DNA from: Candidatus Hydrogenedentota bacterium
GTDB taxonomy: Bacteria > Hydrogenedentota > Hydrogenedentia > Hydrogenedentales > SLHB01
Assembly (NCBI GenBank): GCA_963668025.2
Contig: CAXXTH010000010.1
Span: 1,248,001 to 1,312,000 of the forward strand
Length of the DNA stretch: 64,000 bases
Direction: 5' to 3'
In this document: positions 41,073 to 52,329 of the stretch, one piece after another
Layout: every line of letters starts with the position of its first letter
How positions within the stretch are numbered: position 1 is the stretch's first letter
Made by a program: the position numbers and the translations under genes
The notes under the pieces: model-generated
Told to the model about the DNA's origin: nothing
The model's input: the letters and a program-made list of their open reading frames with translations, nothing else
The model's database searches: none

Positions 41073-41109
41073 TAAAATAGTTTGATCAAGAAAAGAACGA
41101 AGTTTAACC

Positions 41110-41137
41110 AAAAGGCCCCTTATCAGGGGCTTTTTTT
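41110..41137 (+). terminator. Rho-independent terminator
   Basis: GCCCCT-TATC-AGGGGC followed by T7 and preceded by an A-tract. Confidence 0.85.
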
Positions 41138-41201
41138 ACGCAAGATGGCGTCAGATGAATACCAGGTACACCGGATATAAGAGAAGAGATTTGCGCTTCT
41201 T

Positions 41202-41249
41202 GTAACATGGCCGTCCCGGCCATGCGCATGGGCGGGACGCCCATGCTAC
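41202..41249. repeat. Inverted REP doublet (REPIN-like)
   Basis: GTAACATGGCCGTCCCGGCCATG-CG-CATGGGCGGGACGCCCATGCTAC: two GTA(A/G)-headed palindromes tail to tail. Confidence 0.7.
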
Positions 41250-41433
41250 GGGAGTAGATGAAATGGATAATGACGGCACTGAGGTATGGTATTTGTATGC
41301 ACATGCATGCAAGCATTTCTTTTATCCAGCGATCAGAGAATAAGTGATGATTCCGTGCTTCTGGCCGTGTAGAATGCTTATCAATAAAATCAAACAAGGG
41401 CTTTTTTCCAAGCAAAGAGGAGTGTGCATCATC

Positions 41434-42657
41434 ATGACTCGGATATCTCTCTTCCTTATCGGGTTGTCGCTATTTCTATCATTGGGATGGGCAAGCCAAG
41501 GTGAGCCAAGCGCAGTCGAACCGGGAAAATCTCAAATCCAAGTGAAAGAGACCATTGTATTCGATGGAAACAAAGGATGGGAACACAACGGTGTAACGTA
41601 TCGCCTAGCGTGCGGGGCATGTATTGCCGAAATGCCGAATGGCGATCTCCTCTGCTGGTGGCTTTCCGGCGGTGATACGGAACCATCAACGGATAACAAC
41701 GTCCTCGCATCCCGTTCGCGGGACAAAGGGAAGACCTGGAGCGAACCATATATCCTGGTGGAAGCGGGAGAGCATGCGGGCGCCCTGGGGCCCATCTACG
41801 TGAGCCCGAGCGGCAAAGTCATCGCCTTCGGAGCGGAGTGGCCTCCCGAGCTCGAGTATACAGTCTGGTATTATTTTCGTATGGAATCTTCGGACAATGG
41901 GCTGACATGGACCAAACGGGAGCCTGTCCATATCCGGGAAGCTGACAATATCAACATTGGCCGCCCTATCAAGCTCCAAAATGGTGAATACCTGCTGGCC
42001 ACATCCTTCTTTGAAAAACGCCCGGTTCCACTTCCTGGCTCTTTTATGGCTTTGGCGCATGCCAAAACCGAAACGGAAGCCCTTGCGCTGCCTCCCGATC
42101 CGGATATGGCGGCCAAACCGAATAAATTCGCAACTCATTTACATGGATGCTCCGTGTTGACCACATCCGACCCGGAACTGCGGAATTTAGTGGAACACCA
42201 AGGCATCCGAAACCGTCCCTTGGGCCTCCTCGAAAGCACCGCCATTCAACTGAAGGATGGCCGCATCGTCATGCTCATGCGCGCGGAGTTTGGCGGTTTC
42301 TTGTGGCGTGCGGAAAGCTCGGATAACGGGCGGACCTGGACGGATGCCTGGCAGACCGATATTCCCAATCCGACATGCCTGGCCTCGCTCATCCGCCTTC
42401 CGGACGGCCGCATCGCGCTCATACACAATGCCGTCGGCGGAGTCGTGGGAGTGGGGGGCAAGCGCGATCCCATGTCTGTATGGCTCAGCAAGGATGAGAT
42501 GCAGAGCTGGTATGTTAAGGAGGATGTGATTACGGGAGGCCAATTGGCGTATCCCTGCCCGCTCATCGTTGATGGCAAGCTCGTGTTTTCTTACGACCAT
42601 AATCGACGCGAGGCCCGTTTCGTTGAAGTGGAGCTTCCTCCATTCGCTGCGGAATAG
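41434..42657 (+). CDS. BNR-repeat sialidase-fold protein, secreted
   Basis: Asp-boxes SRDKGKTW, SSDNGLTW, SSDNGRTW, SKDEMQSW; AYP near the C-terminus; GAGGAG RBS. Confidence 0.85.
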   Translation: MTRISLFLIGLSLFLSLGWASQGEPSAVEPGKSQIQVKETIVFDGNKGWEHNGVTYRLACGACIAEMPNGDLLCWWLSGGDTEPSTDNNVLASRSRDKGKTWSEPYILVEAGEHAGALGPIYVSPSGKVIAFGAEWPPELEYTVWYYFRMESSDNGLTWTKREPVHIREADNINIGRPIKLQNGEYLLATSFFEKRPVPLPGSFMALAHAKTETEALALPPDPDMAAKPNKFATHLHGCSVLTTSDPELRNLVEHQGIRNRPLGLLESTAIQLKDGRIVMLMRAEFGGFLWRAESSDNGRTWTDAWQTDIPNPTCLASLIRLPDGRIALIHNAVGGVVGVGGKRDPMSVWLSKDEMQSWYVKEDVITGGQLAYPCPLIVDGKLVFSYDHNRREARFVEVELPPFAAE

Positions 42658-43114
42658 GGAGCTGATGAACCTCGAAAAAGAGTTCATGTGGCAGCGATAG
42701 GATGGTTTTTCCATCGGATTCAATAGAAAAAGAGGAGCCATTGACAACGAGATCGATCACGTGATATTGTAGTGCTCACGAGTTTTCATTCTTTTAGCTA
42801 TTTTATCGGCAAAGAAATGTGGGTGTCGGAAAGCGAATGGAAACGATATACCTCATGGATTCACGTTCTTTCTTCTAGGGCAGGGGGCAATTGGCCGCCC
42901 CGATGATATTTTGTGCGGTGTGAACACCAAAGATGGGAAGGAGGAGTCTTTTTTGCGCAATTAACGTGATCGATCACGCTGCCGTGTGGGATGCATTATT
43001 ACAAATATGGGTGTTTATTAAGTGGTTGTCATTGCCTATTTTACGCCGAATAAAAGTGCTATGCGTAATTTGTTTTGGGGGTGTGTTTGCGGATAGCCAC
43101 CAGAAAGGAAAGAA

Positions 43115-44197
43115 ATGATGATGACATGCAAGAAAGGATTTACGCTCATTGAGTTGTTGGTAGTGATTGCGATCATTGCCATACTCGCAGCCATCTTGCT
43201 GCCCGCTTTGGCGCGTGCGCGTGAAGCCGCACGCCGCGCATCGTGCGCCAGCAATCTGAAGCAATTCGGCATTATTTTCAAAATGTACGCGAATGAGAAC
43301 AAAGGCCAGTTTCCTAATAAAACTCGATGGCTGTTTCAAGGTTTGGGTTCGGAGGCCGGATTTGAGGGTTTGGCTCTGTATCCCGATTATTGGAATGACA
43401 TTAGCATCGCCATTTGTCCATCGGATTCCCGCTCGGACTTCAATTGGAATGGAGTCAGTATAGCGATAGAGGAAGACTTCCTCGGCCAGATTGAAGCAGT
43501 GAACGCGCTCGCCGCACCGACCGTATCCGGGGTGCATGTTGCGGCAAAAACGACCAAAGAGCCGTGCCTAGAGGCGTTGCTTGGCATGCCAGTTTCGTAT
43601 TGCTACCTGCGATATGCGTTGAAAACTTCTTCTCAAGTCATTCATTTGACCAATATTTTGCTGGAGTGGAGCTGGTTTAATCATCAGGAGAAGTACGAGC
43701 TGTATAGCGCCGCTGCTATCAAGAGCATGGGGTGCCCCAGCACATGGAAAGACTTAGTACATTGGACGGGAATGGGTGAAGGCGATATCGATGCAGCTAC
43801 CGTGACATTAAATAATGTGGACTCCCATTATGTGGATGATGACGGCAGCAAGCTTCCCGCTAGTTACTATGCGTTGAAAGAAGGCGTCGAGCGTTTCTTT
43901 ATTACGGATATAAATAATCCTGCATCTGGCGCGGTAGGCCAGAGCACGATGTTCGTGATGTACGACGCTTATACGGGTGAAGGCCAGTTTTTCGCAGGTT
44001 CGGCGGATCATGCCGCCGCCCGCTTTAACCATACCCCTGGTGGTTCAAACGTGCTGTTCATGGATGGCCATGTCGAGTTCAGGAGGCTCAACCAAGGCGC
44101 TCCGATGGTGATCGAGGCTGAAAGTGCAAATGCGGTTTGTAATGGCGGCGCGACACACCAATACCCCATGCACGCATTGATCGGCGGCTGGGGTTGA
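43115..44197 (+). CDS. DUF1559 pseudopilin, copy 4
   Basis: [10 protein letters not shown]..., [35 protein letters not shown]. Confidence 0.9.
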   Translation: MMMTCKKGFTLIELLVVIAIIAILAAILLPALARAREAARRASCASNLKQFGIIFKMYANENKGQFPNKTRWLFQGLGSEAGFEGLALYPDYWNDISIAICPSDSRSDFNWNGVSIAIEEDFLGQIEAVNALAAPTVSGVHVAAKTTKEPCLEALLGMPVSYCYLRYALKTSSQVIHLTNILLEWSWFNHQEKYELYSAAAIKSMGCPSTWKDLVHWTGMGEGDIDAATVTLNNVDSHYVDDDGSKLPASYYALKEGVERFFITDINNPASGAVGQSTMFVMYDAYTGEGQFFAGSADHAAARFNHTPGGSNVLFMDGHVEFRRLNQGAPMVIEAESANAVCNGGATHQYPMHALIGGWG

Positions 44198-44229
44198 TTG
44201 GTTCATAGATACATATGAGAATCGAGTAG

Positions 44230-44257
44230 GGGAGAAGCCTGATGGTTTCTCCCTTTT
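44230..44257 (+). terminator. Rho-independent terminator
   Basis: GGGAGAAGCC-TGAT-GGTTTCTCCC-TTTT. Confidence 0.7.
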
Positions 44258-44424
44258 CACATCGTCAGCCTATATGGATTATTTTGTGTTTGTGGGGTGT
44301 TGAGCCCATGGATTCCGGGCCTTCCGCCGCCATTTTTTCCTGAATGCCGCGAACGCTCACGACTGGAATTTCGCGGCTTTATCCACGTGAGGATGCCCGC
44401 CGTGGTTATGGAGCTATTCTTGTG

Positions 44425-44456
44425 GAGTTCCCACGGTTGCGAGTTCCCACGGTTGC
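44425..44456. repeat. Perfect 16-bp tandem duplication
   Basis: GAGTTCCCACGGTTGC twice, abutting a TTGCGT-17-TATGCT promoter candidate (44453-44481). Confidence 0.85.
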
Positions 44457-44565
44457 GTGGAAAAACCGTATATGATATGCTCTTTTTCGCGTATCTTCTT
44501 GCTATGTAAGTGCGAAGATTGTTGAGCAACGCCGAGAGGGAATACGGCCAGCCAGGCCATAAATA

Positions 44566-45534
44566 ATGGAGAGCAAACCGATGCATGGAGTCTTGCGCGG
44601 CAGTGTAGCGGTCGCGATCCTCGCCGCCGCTGGCATGTGGGGAATGCCAGCCAGTAGCGAAATCGTGGATCGGGTGATGGCGACCGTGGATGCGGAAGTC
44701 ATTTTGATGAGCGATGTGATGATGGAGCTTGCGCCGTATCAGGCGCAATCGGGCGAAGCCATGGACTCGAAGATCGGTGAGACGCTCGAACAAGCCATTG
44801 ACACTAAAATCCTCGTCCGTGAAGCATCGCTGAAGGGCATGGAAGTCAAAGATGACCTCGTCGAAAAACGCGTTGATGAGCTTAAAGCCTTATATCCTAC
44901 CAATGATGCATTTCTGAAAGAGGTGGAAAAGTCTGGCGAGACGCTGAGCGATTTAAGAACCCGGCTGCGCAAACAATTAATGGCGTTGAAAATGGCCACG
45001 GACAAACACGACCAACTGGCTAAATCCGTGACAGTGACGGAATCGGAAGTGGCCCAATATTATGAAGATCATAAGGGGGAATTCCAGCATTCGGAGCGCG
45101 TACGCGTGCGCCAGATATTCCTTGAAGCAGCCGAAGGCTCGGCGGGGCGGGACGCCGCAAAAGCCAGGCTGGTGGAATTAAAACAGGAATTGGACAATGG
45201 AGCCGATTTCGCCGGGCTTGCCAAGGCATATTCGCAAGCGCCCGGCGCGGCTGACGGGGGAATCGTCGGCTGGATCGTTCGAGGTGATTTGGTGAAACCA
45301 CTCGAAGATGTTGCATTTACGCTTCCAGAGGGCAGCTTGAGCGACGTGCTCGAATCGCCATTAGGCTATCATATTTTGAAAGTGGACAAGCGTGAGGACG
45401 CGGGCCAGGCCAGCCTGGAAGAGGTGCGGGCGGAAATCGAACCCGCTATTCGCGACCAAAAGGCGGGTGAATTATATGACAAATGGATGTCTGACCTGCG
45501 CAAACGCAGCCAAGTGCGGGTGTTTTACCGCTAA
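44566..45534 (+). CDS. SurA/PrsA-like parvulin peptidyl-prolyl isomerase
   Basis: IVDRVMATVD SurA N-terminus; VRVRQI, GADFAGLAKAYS, GG..GW, SPLGYHILK. Confidence 0.9.
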   Translation: MESKPMHGVLRGSVAVAILAAAGMWGMPASSEIVDRVMATVDAEVILMSDVMMELAPYQAQSGEAMDSKIGETLEQAIDTKILVREASLKGMEVKDDLVEKRVDELKALYPTNDAFLKEVEKSGETLSDLRTRLRKQLMALKMATDKHDQLAKSVTVTESEVAQYYEDHKGEFQHSERVRVRQIFLEAAEGSAGRDAAKARLVELKQELDNGADFAGLAKAYSQAPGAADGGIVGWIVRGDLVKPLEDVAFTLPEGSLSDVLESPLGYHILKVDKREDAGQASLEEVRAEIEPAIRDQKAGELYDKWMSDLRKRSQVRVFYR

Positions 45535-45537
45535 GCC

Positions 45538-46329
45538 ATGTTAGTCCGTGCGCTGAAAATGGCTTTCTGGGTGTCTTTTGATCACCTAGGCAAAATGTTT
45601 ATTGTAAGTGCTTTATGGTCGGCAATGGTGCTGGGGGCGCTAGCGGTGTCGGCTGCATTGATGCTTGTGGGAAGCAGCCCCATATGGTTCGTTGCGGGGT
45701 TGCTGGCGATGATGCTGTCGCTCGGCGGCGTAATGCCCATAGCCACCACGGGAATCGCCCATTTCACGAAGGAATTGCTTGATCGGCGGGATGGTTCGGT
45801 CTGGACATTTGTGGAAGGCGTGCGTTTTTATTGGAAACGTGCGGCGATAATGGGCATGGTGTATGCCTCCGCTGTAGTATGCCTTGGCACGAGCATAGGG
45901 TTTTACGCCGCGTTTTTGCACAATAGTATTCCCTGGCTGGGATATGGCCTTAGCGCTCTGGCGTTTTGGGCGTTGCTTTTTGTATTTATCTCCTCGTTGT
46001 ATGCCGCGCCTGCGCTCGTGCAGCGGAAATTAGGCGCATGGCCGACGTTGAAGCTATGCTCGGCGTTGGTGGTGGATAATCCGCTCGTATCGGGAGGGCT
46101 TGCTGTCCAGATACTGGCGTGGAGCGTAATTGCCTTGCTTGTGCCGCCGTTGTTTGTGTTTTTATATGGCGGCGTGGCGTCGGCGCTCATGTGCTGTATC
46201 TATGAGATGCTGGCGCGGCGGTATGCGGCCAAGCAATCGGGGCATCCAGAAGACACTAAGAAGGCGGATGAAGAAGACGATTATTTGAATCGAGGATTTC
46301 GAGATTTATTGTTCCCTTGGAAGAGTTGA
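45538..46329 (+). CDS. Hypothetical integral membrane protein (DUF624/YesL-like)
   Basis: About 6 TM segments, TFVEGVRFYWKR, C-terminal RGFRDLLFPW. Confidence 0.6.
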   Translation: MLVRALKMAFWVSFDHLGKMFIVSALWSAMVLGALAVSAALMLVGSSPIWFVAGLLAMMLSLGGVMPIATTGIAHFTKELLDRRDGSVWTFVEGVRFYWKRAAIMGMVYASAVVCLGTSIGFYAAFLHNSIPWLGYGLSALAFWALLFVFISSLYAAPALVQRKLGAWPTLKLCSALVVDNPLVSGGLAVQILAWSVIALLVPPLFVFLYGGVASALMCCIYEMLARRYAAKQSGHPEDTKKADEEDDYLNRGFRDLLFPWKS

Positions 46330-46397
46330 CAGCGGATATGGGAACCGAACCGGCGGGTGTTCCGGCGGGGCGGGCGCATTCGGAATGGCGCCGTTGA

Positions 46398-47756
<1,359 letters not shown>

Positions 47757-47775
47757 AATAGAAGCGGTAGAATAT

Positions 47776-47812
47776 CCGGGGCAGGGGGCCGCCTGGGCGG
47801 CGCCCCTGCCGG
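47776..47812 (+). terminator. GC-rich hairpin after eno
   Basis: GGCAGGGG.GCCGCC-TG-GGCGGC.CCCCTGCC. Confidence 0.45.
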
Positions 47813-47847
47813 ATGCCATCTGGACAGTGAATTGCTGGAAGATTCAT

Positions 47848-48165
47848 ATGCGGTATGGAATGGCTTTGCTTCTCATTGTCGCTTTATCGGCGGGTTACGC
47901 CTATAAGCGTGATTTGGTGAGCCAGTATCGGAAGTACCAGGCAAGCCAAGAAGAAGTGAACGCCCTCGAAGCCGAACAGAACCGGCTGGTTGAAGAGTGT
48001 TCGGAACTTGATAAGCGCGTCGAGAATTTAGGCAGCGATCCCGTGGAGATTGAAGCTGCTATTCGCCGGAGCAAGAGCCTTGTGCGGCAAGATGAGCGTG
48101 TCTTCCGCATCGAATTGCCCGAGGAGGTGGATGGAAAGGCGTCCGCCCCGGCCCCGTTGCCATAA
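47848..48165 (+). CDS. ftsB: Septum formation initiator (FtsB/DivIC-like)
   Basis: Single TM plus coiled coil, then L..DP..IEAAIR..K.LVR.DE; conserved position after eno. Confidence 0.75.
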   Translation: MRYGMALLLIVALSAGYAYKRDLVSQYRKYQASQEEVNALEAEQNRLVEECSELDKRVENLGSDPVEIEAAIRRSKSLVRQDERVFRIELPEEVDGKASAPAPLP

Positions 48166-48173
48166 CATGGAGT

Positions 48174-49211
48174 TTGCCAGGTTCCCTGACACACGAGATT
48201 CAACTGAATAGCCAAGAGGAAGCGGTGAAGCTCCTCGGAAGGAACGGCGAGATACGCCGCCGCATACAGGAGGAGACTCCTGTGCGCATTGTCGATCGCG
48301 GCGCCAAAGTGGTGATCATTGGCGCTGAAGCAGATACGGCGATGGTGGGGCGCATGCTGGATGGGCTTCTTGATGCGGTGCGGCGAGGGCATACGCCTAC
48401 GCTGGCCGATGTGGCATATGCATGGAATGAGACCCGCCGGACTTGGCCTTTGCCAGACGATGAAGCAGGCGAGCAGGGTTTGGGCGCTGTCCTGAGCGGG
48501 CAATTCTCGGGGCTGCGGCGGGATATTCGGATCAAGCCGCGCACGCGCGGCCAGATGCGGTATCTTGAAGCCATTGAAGCGTGCCAAGTCACGCTGGCCA
48601 TCGGCCCCGCTGGAACAGGAAAAACCTATCTCGCCATGGCGGCGGCCGTGTCGGCGTTGCTCAATAAAGAAGTGAACCGGCTCATTTTGACACGCCCTGC
48701 CGTTGAAGCGGGAGAAAGCCTTGGCTTCCTGCCTGGCGATCTTCAACAAAAGGTGAATCCCTATCTGCGCCCCTTGTATGACGCCCTATATTCCATGGTG
48801 GATGTGGAGCGCGTGCAGCGCATGATCGATCGGGAGATGATCGAGGTGGCCCCGCTTGCTTTCATGCGTGGGCGCACACTGAGCAATGCATTCGCCATTC
48901 TTGATGAAGCGCAGAACACCACGAGCGAACAGATGAAAATGTTCCTGACCCGGTTGGGAGAAGGCTCGCGCGCCGTGGTGACTGGCGATATCACTCAAAT
49001 TGATCTCCCCAAAACGACGAAGTCCGGCCTCGTGGAAGCGCAGCGCATTCTGCGAAACGCCAAGGGCATCGCCATCGTGCATCTATCCCGTGGAGATGTG
49101 GTCCGCCATCCGCTTGTGCAGAGCATCATTGATGCCTATGAGGAGGCCAACAGCCCACATTTGGATGAGGCAGGCTCCACGCCTGTGGCGGAGACAGGCG
49201 GCGCGCGATGA
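48174..49211 (+). CDS. phoH: PhoH-like ATPase (YbeZ/PhoH1)
   Basis: GPAGTGKT, LTRPAVEAGESLGFLPG, APLAFMRGRT, DEAQN, GDITQIDL, DVVRHPLV. Confidence 0.95.
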   Translation: MPGSLTHEIQLNSQEEAVKLLGRNGEIRRRIQEETPVRIVDRGAKVVIIGAEADTAMVGRMLDGLLDAVRRGHTPTLADVAYAWNETRRTWPLPDDEAGEQGLGAVLSGQFSGLRRDIRIKPRTRGQMRYLEAIEACQVTLAIGPAGTGKTYLAMAAAVSALLNKEVNRLILTRPAVEAGESLGFLPGDLQQKVNPYLRPLYDALYSMVDVERVQRMIDREMIEVAPLAFMRGRTLSNAFAILDEAQNTTSEQMKMFLTRLGEGSRAVVTGDITQIDLPKTTKSGLVEAQRILRNAKGIAIVHLSRGDVVRHPLVQSIIDAYEEANSPHLDEAGSTPVAETGGAR

Positions 49212-51796
49212 GACTCGTCCGCCTGGGCCGCAAGAAGAAAAGCGGCGGAGGGCCTATTCACCGGCCGCCAAGCAATGAACGCGTTTTGAAGCCGGCCCTG
49301 AAAAGGCGTTTAACGCTGCTGGCGGCGTTTATTATTCTCGTGATTTCCACCACAAAGAGCATCCAGCCTGCGGGTTCCGATTATATTATGGATGCCAAGG
49401 GCGTCGCGATGGAAACGATCTACGCGGATCAGCCTTTTAAAGCAGTGGATATTGCGGCGACACGCCAAGCGCAAGATGCCGCCGCTGAGGCGGTGCCTGA
49501 TCATTTCCGCGTTGATGAAGAATCGGTCATGGAGCATCTAGCGGATTTTGATGAACGTGTTGCCGCTCTTGCCGCCAAGCGCCCGTCCATAGAAAAAGCG
49601 GTGCGCCAGGCCCTGCTGGAATCGACATCCGATGAGTCCACTCAATCGGTCGTGTTAGCCGCCGTACGGGAAGTTGCCGCCGCCATGGTGGAGCATCCGC
49701 CTTTCGATGAGATTGCAAATGCGGATTATTTAGCGCCTTGGCTGGCTCCCAGCGCGGAATCGATCCCTGAACGCATTTTTGAAGGAGAAGAACATCCTGA
49801 ACCAGAGAAGAATGCCAGGACCTCCGATTTGAGCCATGCGAATGCTTCCCCTCTTCCAAAACACGCCCAGACCATCGCCTTGCATCCGTCTGAAGAGCAA
49901 GCCATGGCGTTCACTCAAGCGGATTGGCTGACGGATATCTGCCGGACGAGCCTTGAATATGTGCTTTATTTCGGCGTAATTGATCCAGAAACGCTAAAAG
50001 CAACTGGACGCGCCATAGATGCTCAGACTCCCGTACAACGGGAGATTGTGGTGTTGCGTGAAAAACAAGTGGCTGATATGGAAAAGAGCACGCGCTTTGT
50101 GCGTGCGGACGCCCCTGTTCTGAGCAAGGCCGCACGCCTCCTCCGGGATCACATCCGCGCCGCAGGCCAGGGAACTCCCCTGAGCGGCAGCCTGGACGCC
50201 ACGGAGAATTGGTCTGATTTGCATAATGCAGCGTTTGTTGTAGCTTCACTGAGCCTCGGGGAGACGCTTAAATACGACCCAGATACGGAAGCGTTGCGGC
50301 AGAAGGCGCGGGACGAGGTCGTGCCTATCATGATTCAATACAAGGCGGGCGAACAAATTCAACAAAAAGGCTTGGATTGGACCGAACAATCTAGCGTGGC
50401 GTATAACGCGCTCATTGAGGCCAAAAAGGCAGGGCATCAGCAGCACAGCAGCTTTTATGCCATGCTGGCGGCGAACAGTATTCTGGTGGCGCTGGTCTTA
50501 TGGGGCGTGGCGTGGGCGTTGCCGCTGCTTGTGCCGGATCGGGGCGACACCCTTTCACGCGACCTGAGCTTGTCCCTTCTCGTGATGTGCGGCACCTTGC
50601 TCATTGCGCGGGTGATTGTGATATTGCAATTGCCTGGATATATTGTGCCCGTGGCGGCGGGCGCTATTTTATTGGCGATATTAATAAATACCCGTGTCGC
50701 GGCGACCACCAGTTTGTACACCGCGGTGCTGCTCTCTGTTTTATGCGATTATGATTGGCGTATACTCATCGTGAGCGGGTCCATGTCGCTTGCGGGTGTC
50801 TTTAGCATTTATAAAGTGCGCAAGCGCAGCGATATGTCTATGGCGGCGGTCAAATCCACCGTTATTGGCCTGGCGGCTTTTGTAGCCGCCACCCTGGCGA
50901 CGGACTCGCGCTTCGATGATCTCTGGACGCGGCTCGGGCCGAGCGCGTTGAATGTCGTGTTGAGCGGCTTGGCTTGTTTATTTCTCGTTCCTGGCCTGTT
51001 GCCGCCCCTCGAGAGGCTATTTGGCATTACGACCGATATCCAACTGCTGGAATACTCGGACTTGAACAACGAGGTGCTCAGCCGGATGGCCATCGAAGTG
51101 CCCGCCACATACGCCCATAGCCTTATGCTGGGCCAGCTCGCGGAGGCGGCGTGCATGGCCATTGGCGCTAACGGCCTCTTGGCGCGCGTATGCGCGTATT
51201 ACCATGACATTGGCAAGCTCCGGCGTCCTGAATACTTTTCGGAAAACCAGATCGGCGCGAATGTCCATGACTCATTGTCGCCGCGGATGAGTGCGCGCGC
51301 CATCTCCGCCCATGTGACGGAAGGCGCGGAGATGGCCAGGGAGTTTCACCTGCCTAAGCCGTTGATTGACGCCATATACGAGCATCATGGCACGTGCCGA
51401 ATCAGCTTTTTTTATGAACAAGCGCTCGCACAGCAAAAACATGGGGGATTGCTGGAGGAGGATTTCCGGTATCCTGGGCCTAAACCGCAAAGCAGGGAGA
51501 CCGCCATCCTCATGATCTGCGATGCGGCCGAATCGGCGGTGCGTTCCTTGAAAAATCCGAATGAAGAACGCGTACGCGAGCTTGTGGATAAGATTATCAG
51601 CAACCGCGCTGAAGATCGCCAATTTGATGAGTGCGCGCTTACGTTAAAGGATTTGGACACTATTGAAGAAGTTGTGACAAAGCGGGTGCAGACAGGGCTT
51701 CACCGGCGTATTGCTTATCCAAACCAGAAAACAGAGCCCGATGAACAACGAACGGAACTCGAATCCGTAAAAAGGGGCATGAAGGATGAGTATTAG
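49208..51796 (+). CDS. 7TM-HD (HDIG) phosphohydrolase, PgpH-like
   Basis: Large extracytoplasmic domain, 7TM region, then TYAHS, YYHDIGK, YFSENQ, EHHGT, FRYPGPKPQS.E.AILM.CD. Confidence 0.92.
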   Translation: MRLVRLGRKKKSGGGPIHRPPSNERVLKPALKRRLTLLAAFIILVISTTKSIQPAGSDYIMDAKGVAMETIYADQPFKAVDIAATRQAQDAAAEAVPDHFRVDEESVMEHLADFDERVAALAAKRPSIEKAVRQALLESTSDESTQSVVLAAVREVAAAMVEHPPFDEIANADYLAPWLAPSAESIPERIFEGEEHPEPEKNARTSDLSHANASPLPKHAQTIALHPSEEQAMAFTQADWLTDICRTSLEYVLYFGVIDPETLKATGRAIDAQTPVQREIVVLREKQVADMEKSTRFVRADAPVLSKAARLLRDHIRAAGQGTPLSGSLDATENWSDLHNAAFVVASLSLGETLKYDPDTEALRQKARDEVVPIMIQYKAGEQIQQKGLDWTEQSSVAYNALIEAKKAGHQQHSSFYAMLAANSILVALVLWGVAWALPLLVPDRGDTLSRDLSLSLLVMCGTLLIARVIVILQLPGYIVPVAAGAILLAILINTRVAATTSLYTAVLLSVLCDYDWRILIVSGSMSLAGVFSIYKVRKRSDMSMAAVKSTVIGLAAFVAATLATDSRFDDLWTRLGPSALNVVLSGLACLFLVPGLLPPLERLFGITTDIQLLEYSDLNNEVLSRMAIEVPATYAHSLMLGQLAEAACMAIGANGLLARVCAYYHDIGKLRRPEYFSENQIGANVHDSLSPRMSARAISAHVTEGAEMAREFHLPKPLIDAIYEHHGTCRISFFYEQALAQQKHGGLLEEDFRYPGPKPQSRETAILMICDAAESAVRSLKNPNEERVRELVDKIISNRAEDRQFDECALTLKDLDTIEEVVTKRVQTGLHRRIAYPNQKTEPDEQRTELESVKRGMKDEY

Positions 51797-52307
51797 CATC
51801 GAAATCAGCCAGCAAATTCAAAGCCGTTTCCGGCAGCGGCTCTTCCGCCGGGATGATTTTCAGCGAATAGCCGGGGCTTTATGCAGCCAAGAAGGCCTTG
51901 AAGGCCAAATCGAAATCAGTGTGTTATTGTGTGGCGACAATACGATTCGAGAATTAAACAACCACTACCGCAACGTGAATGAGCCAACGGATGTGTTGTC
52001 GTTCCGCCAGGATAATCCGGCAGGCAATGGCTTCATCGCGCTGGGAGATATCGCCATATCGCTGGATACTGTGGAGCGGCATTGCATGGAACAGCAGGCC
52101 CTTGAGGGCAATGAGCTGTATCGCGCGATGCGCAAGGAAGTGCGCTTGTTATTCTGCCATGGAGTGCTTCATCTGCTAGGATATGACCACGTCACGGAAG
52201 CCGGACGCAAAGCGATGCAAGAGCGGCAGGCGGGCGTATTAGGGATTCTAGATAAAGATGCGTGGATTGAGCCGGCCGCCAAAGCGCCACGGTCAAAACG
52301 ATCCTGA
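51786..52307 (+). CDS. ybeY: rRNA maturation endoribonuclease YbeY
   Basis: LN..YR....PTDVLSF, LGDI.IS, HGVLHLLGYDH. Confidence 0.95.
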   Translation: MSISIEISQQIQSRFRQRLFRRDDFQRIAGALCSQEGLEGQIEISVLLCGDNTIRELNNHYRNVNEPTDVLSFRQDNPAGNGFIALGDIAISLDTVERHCMEQQALEGNELYRAMRKEVRLLFCHGVLHLLGYDHVTEAGRKAMQERQAGVLGILDKDAWIEPAAKAPRSKRS

Positions 52308-52329
52308 TATCAGGGAGGGGACATCTGCG

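Noticed and set aside
42660-43114. 455-bp leader before pilin copy 4 as a riboswitch or sRNA
   Set aside because: No recognisable aptamer consensus or strong stems by eye; an Rfam scan would be needed.
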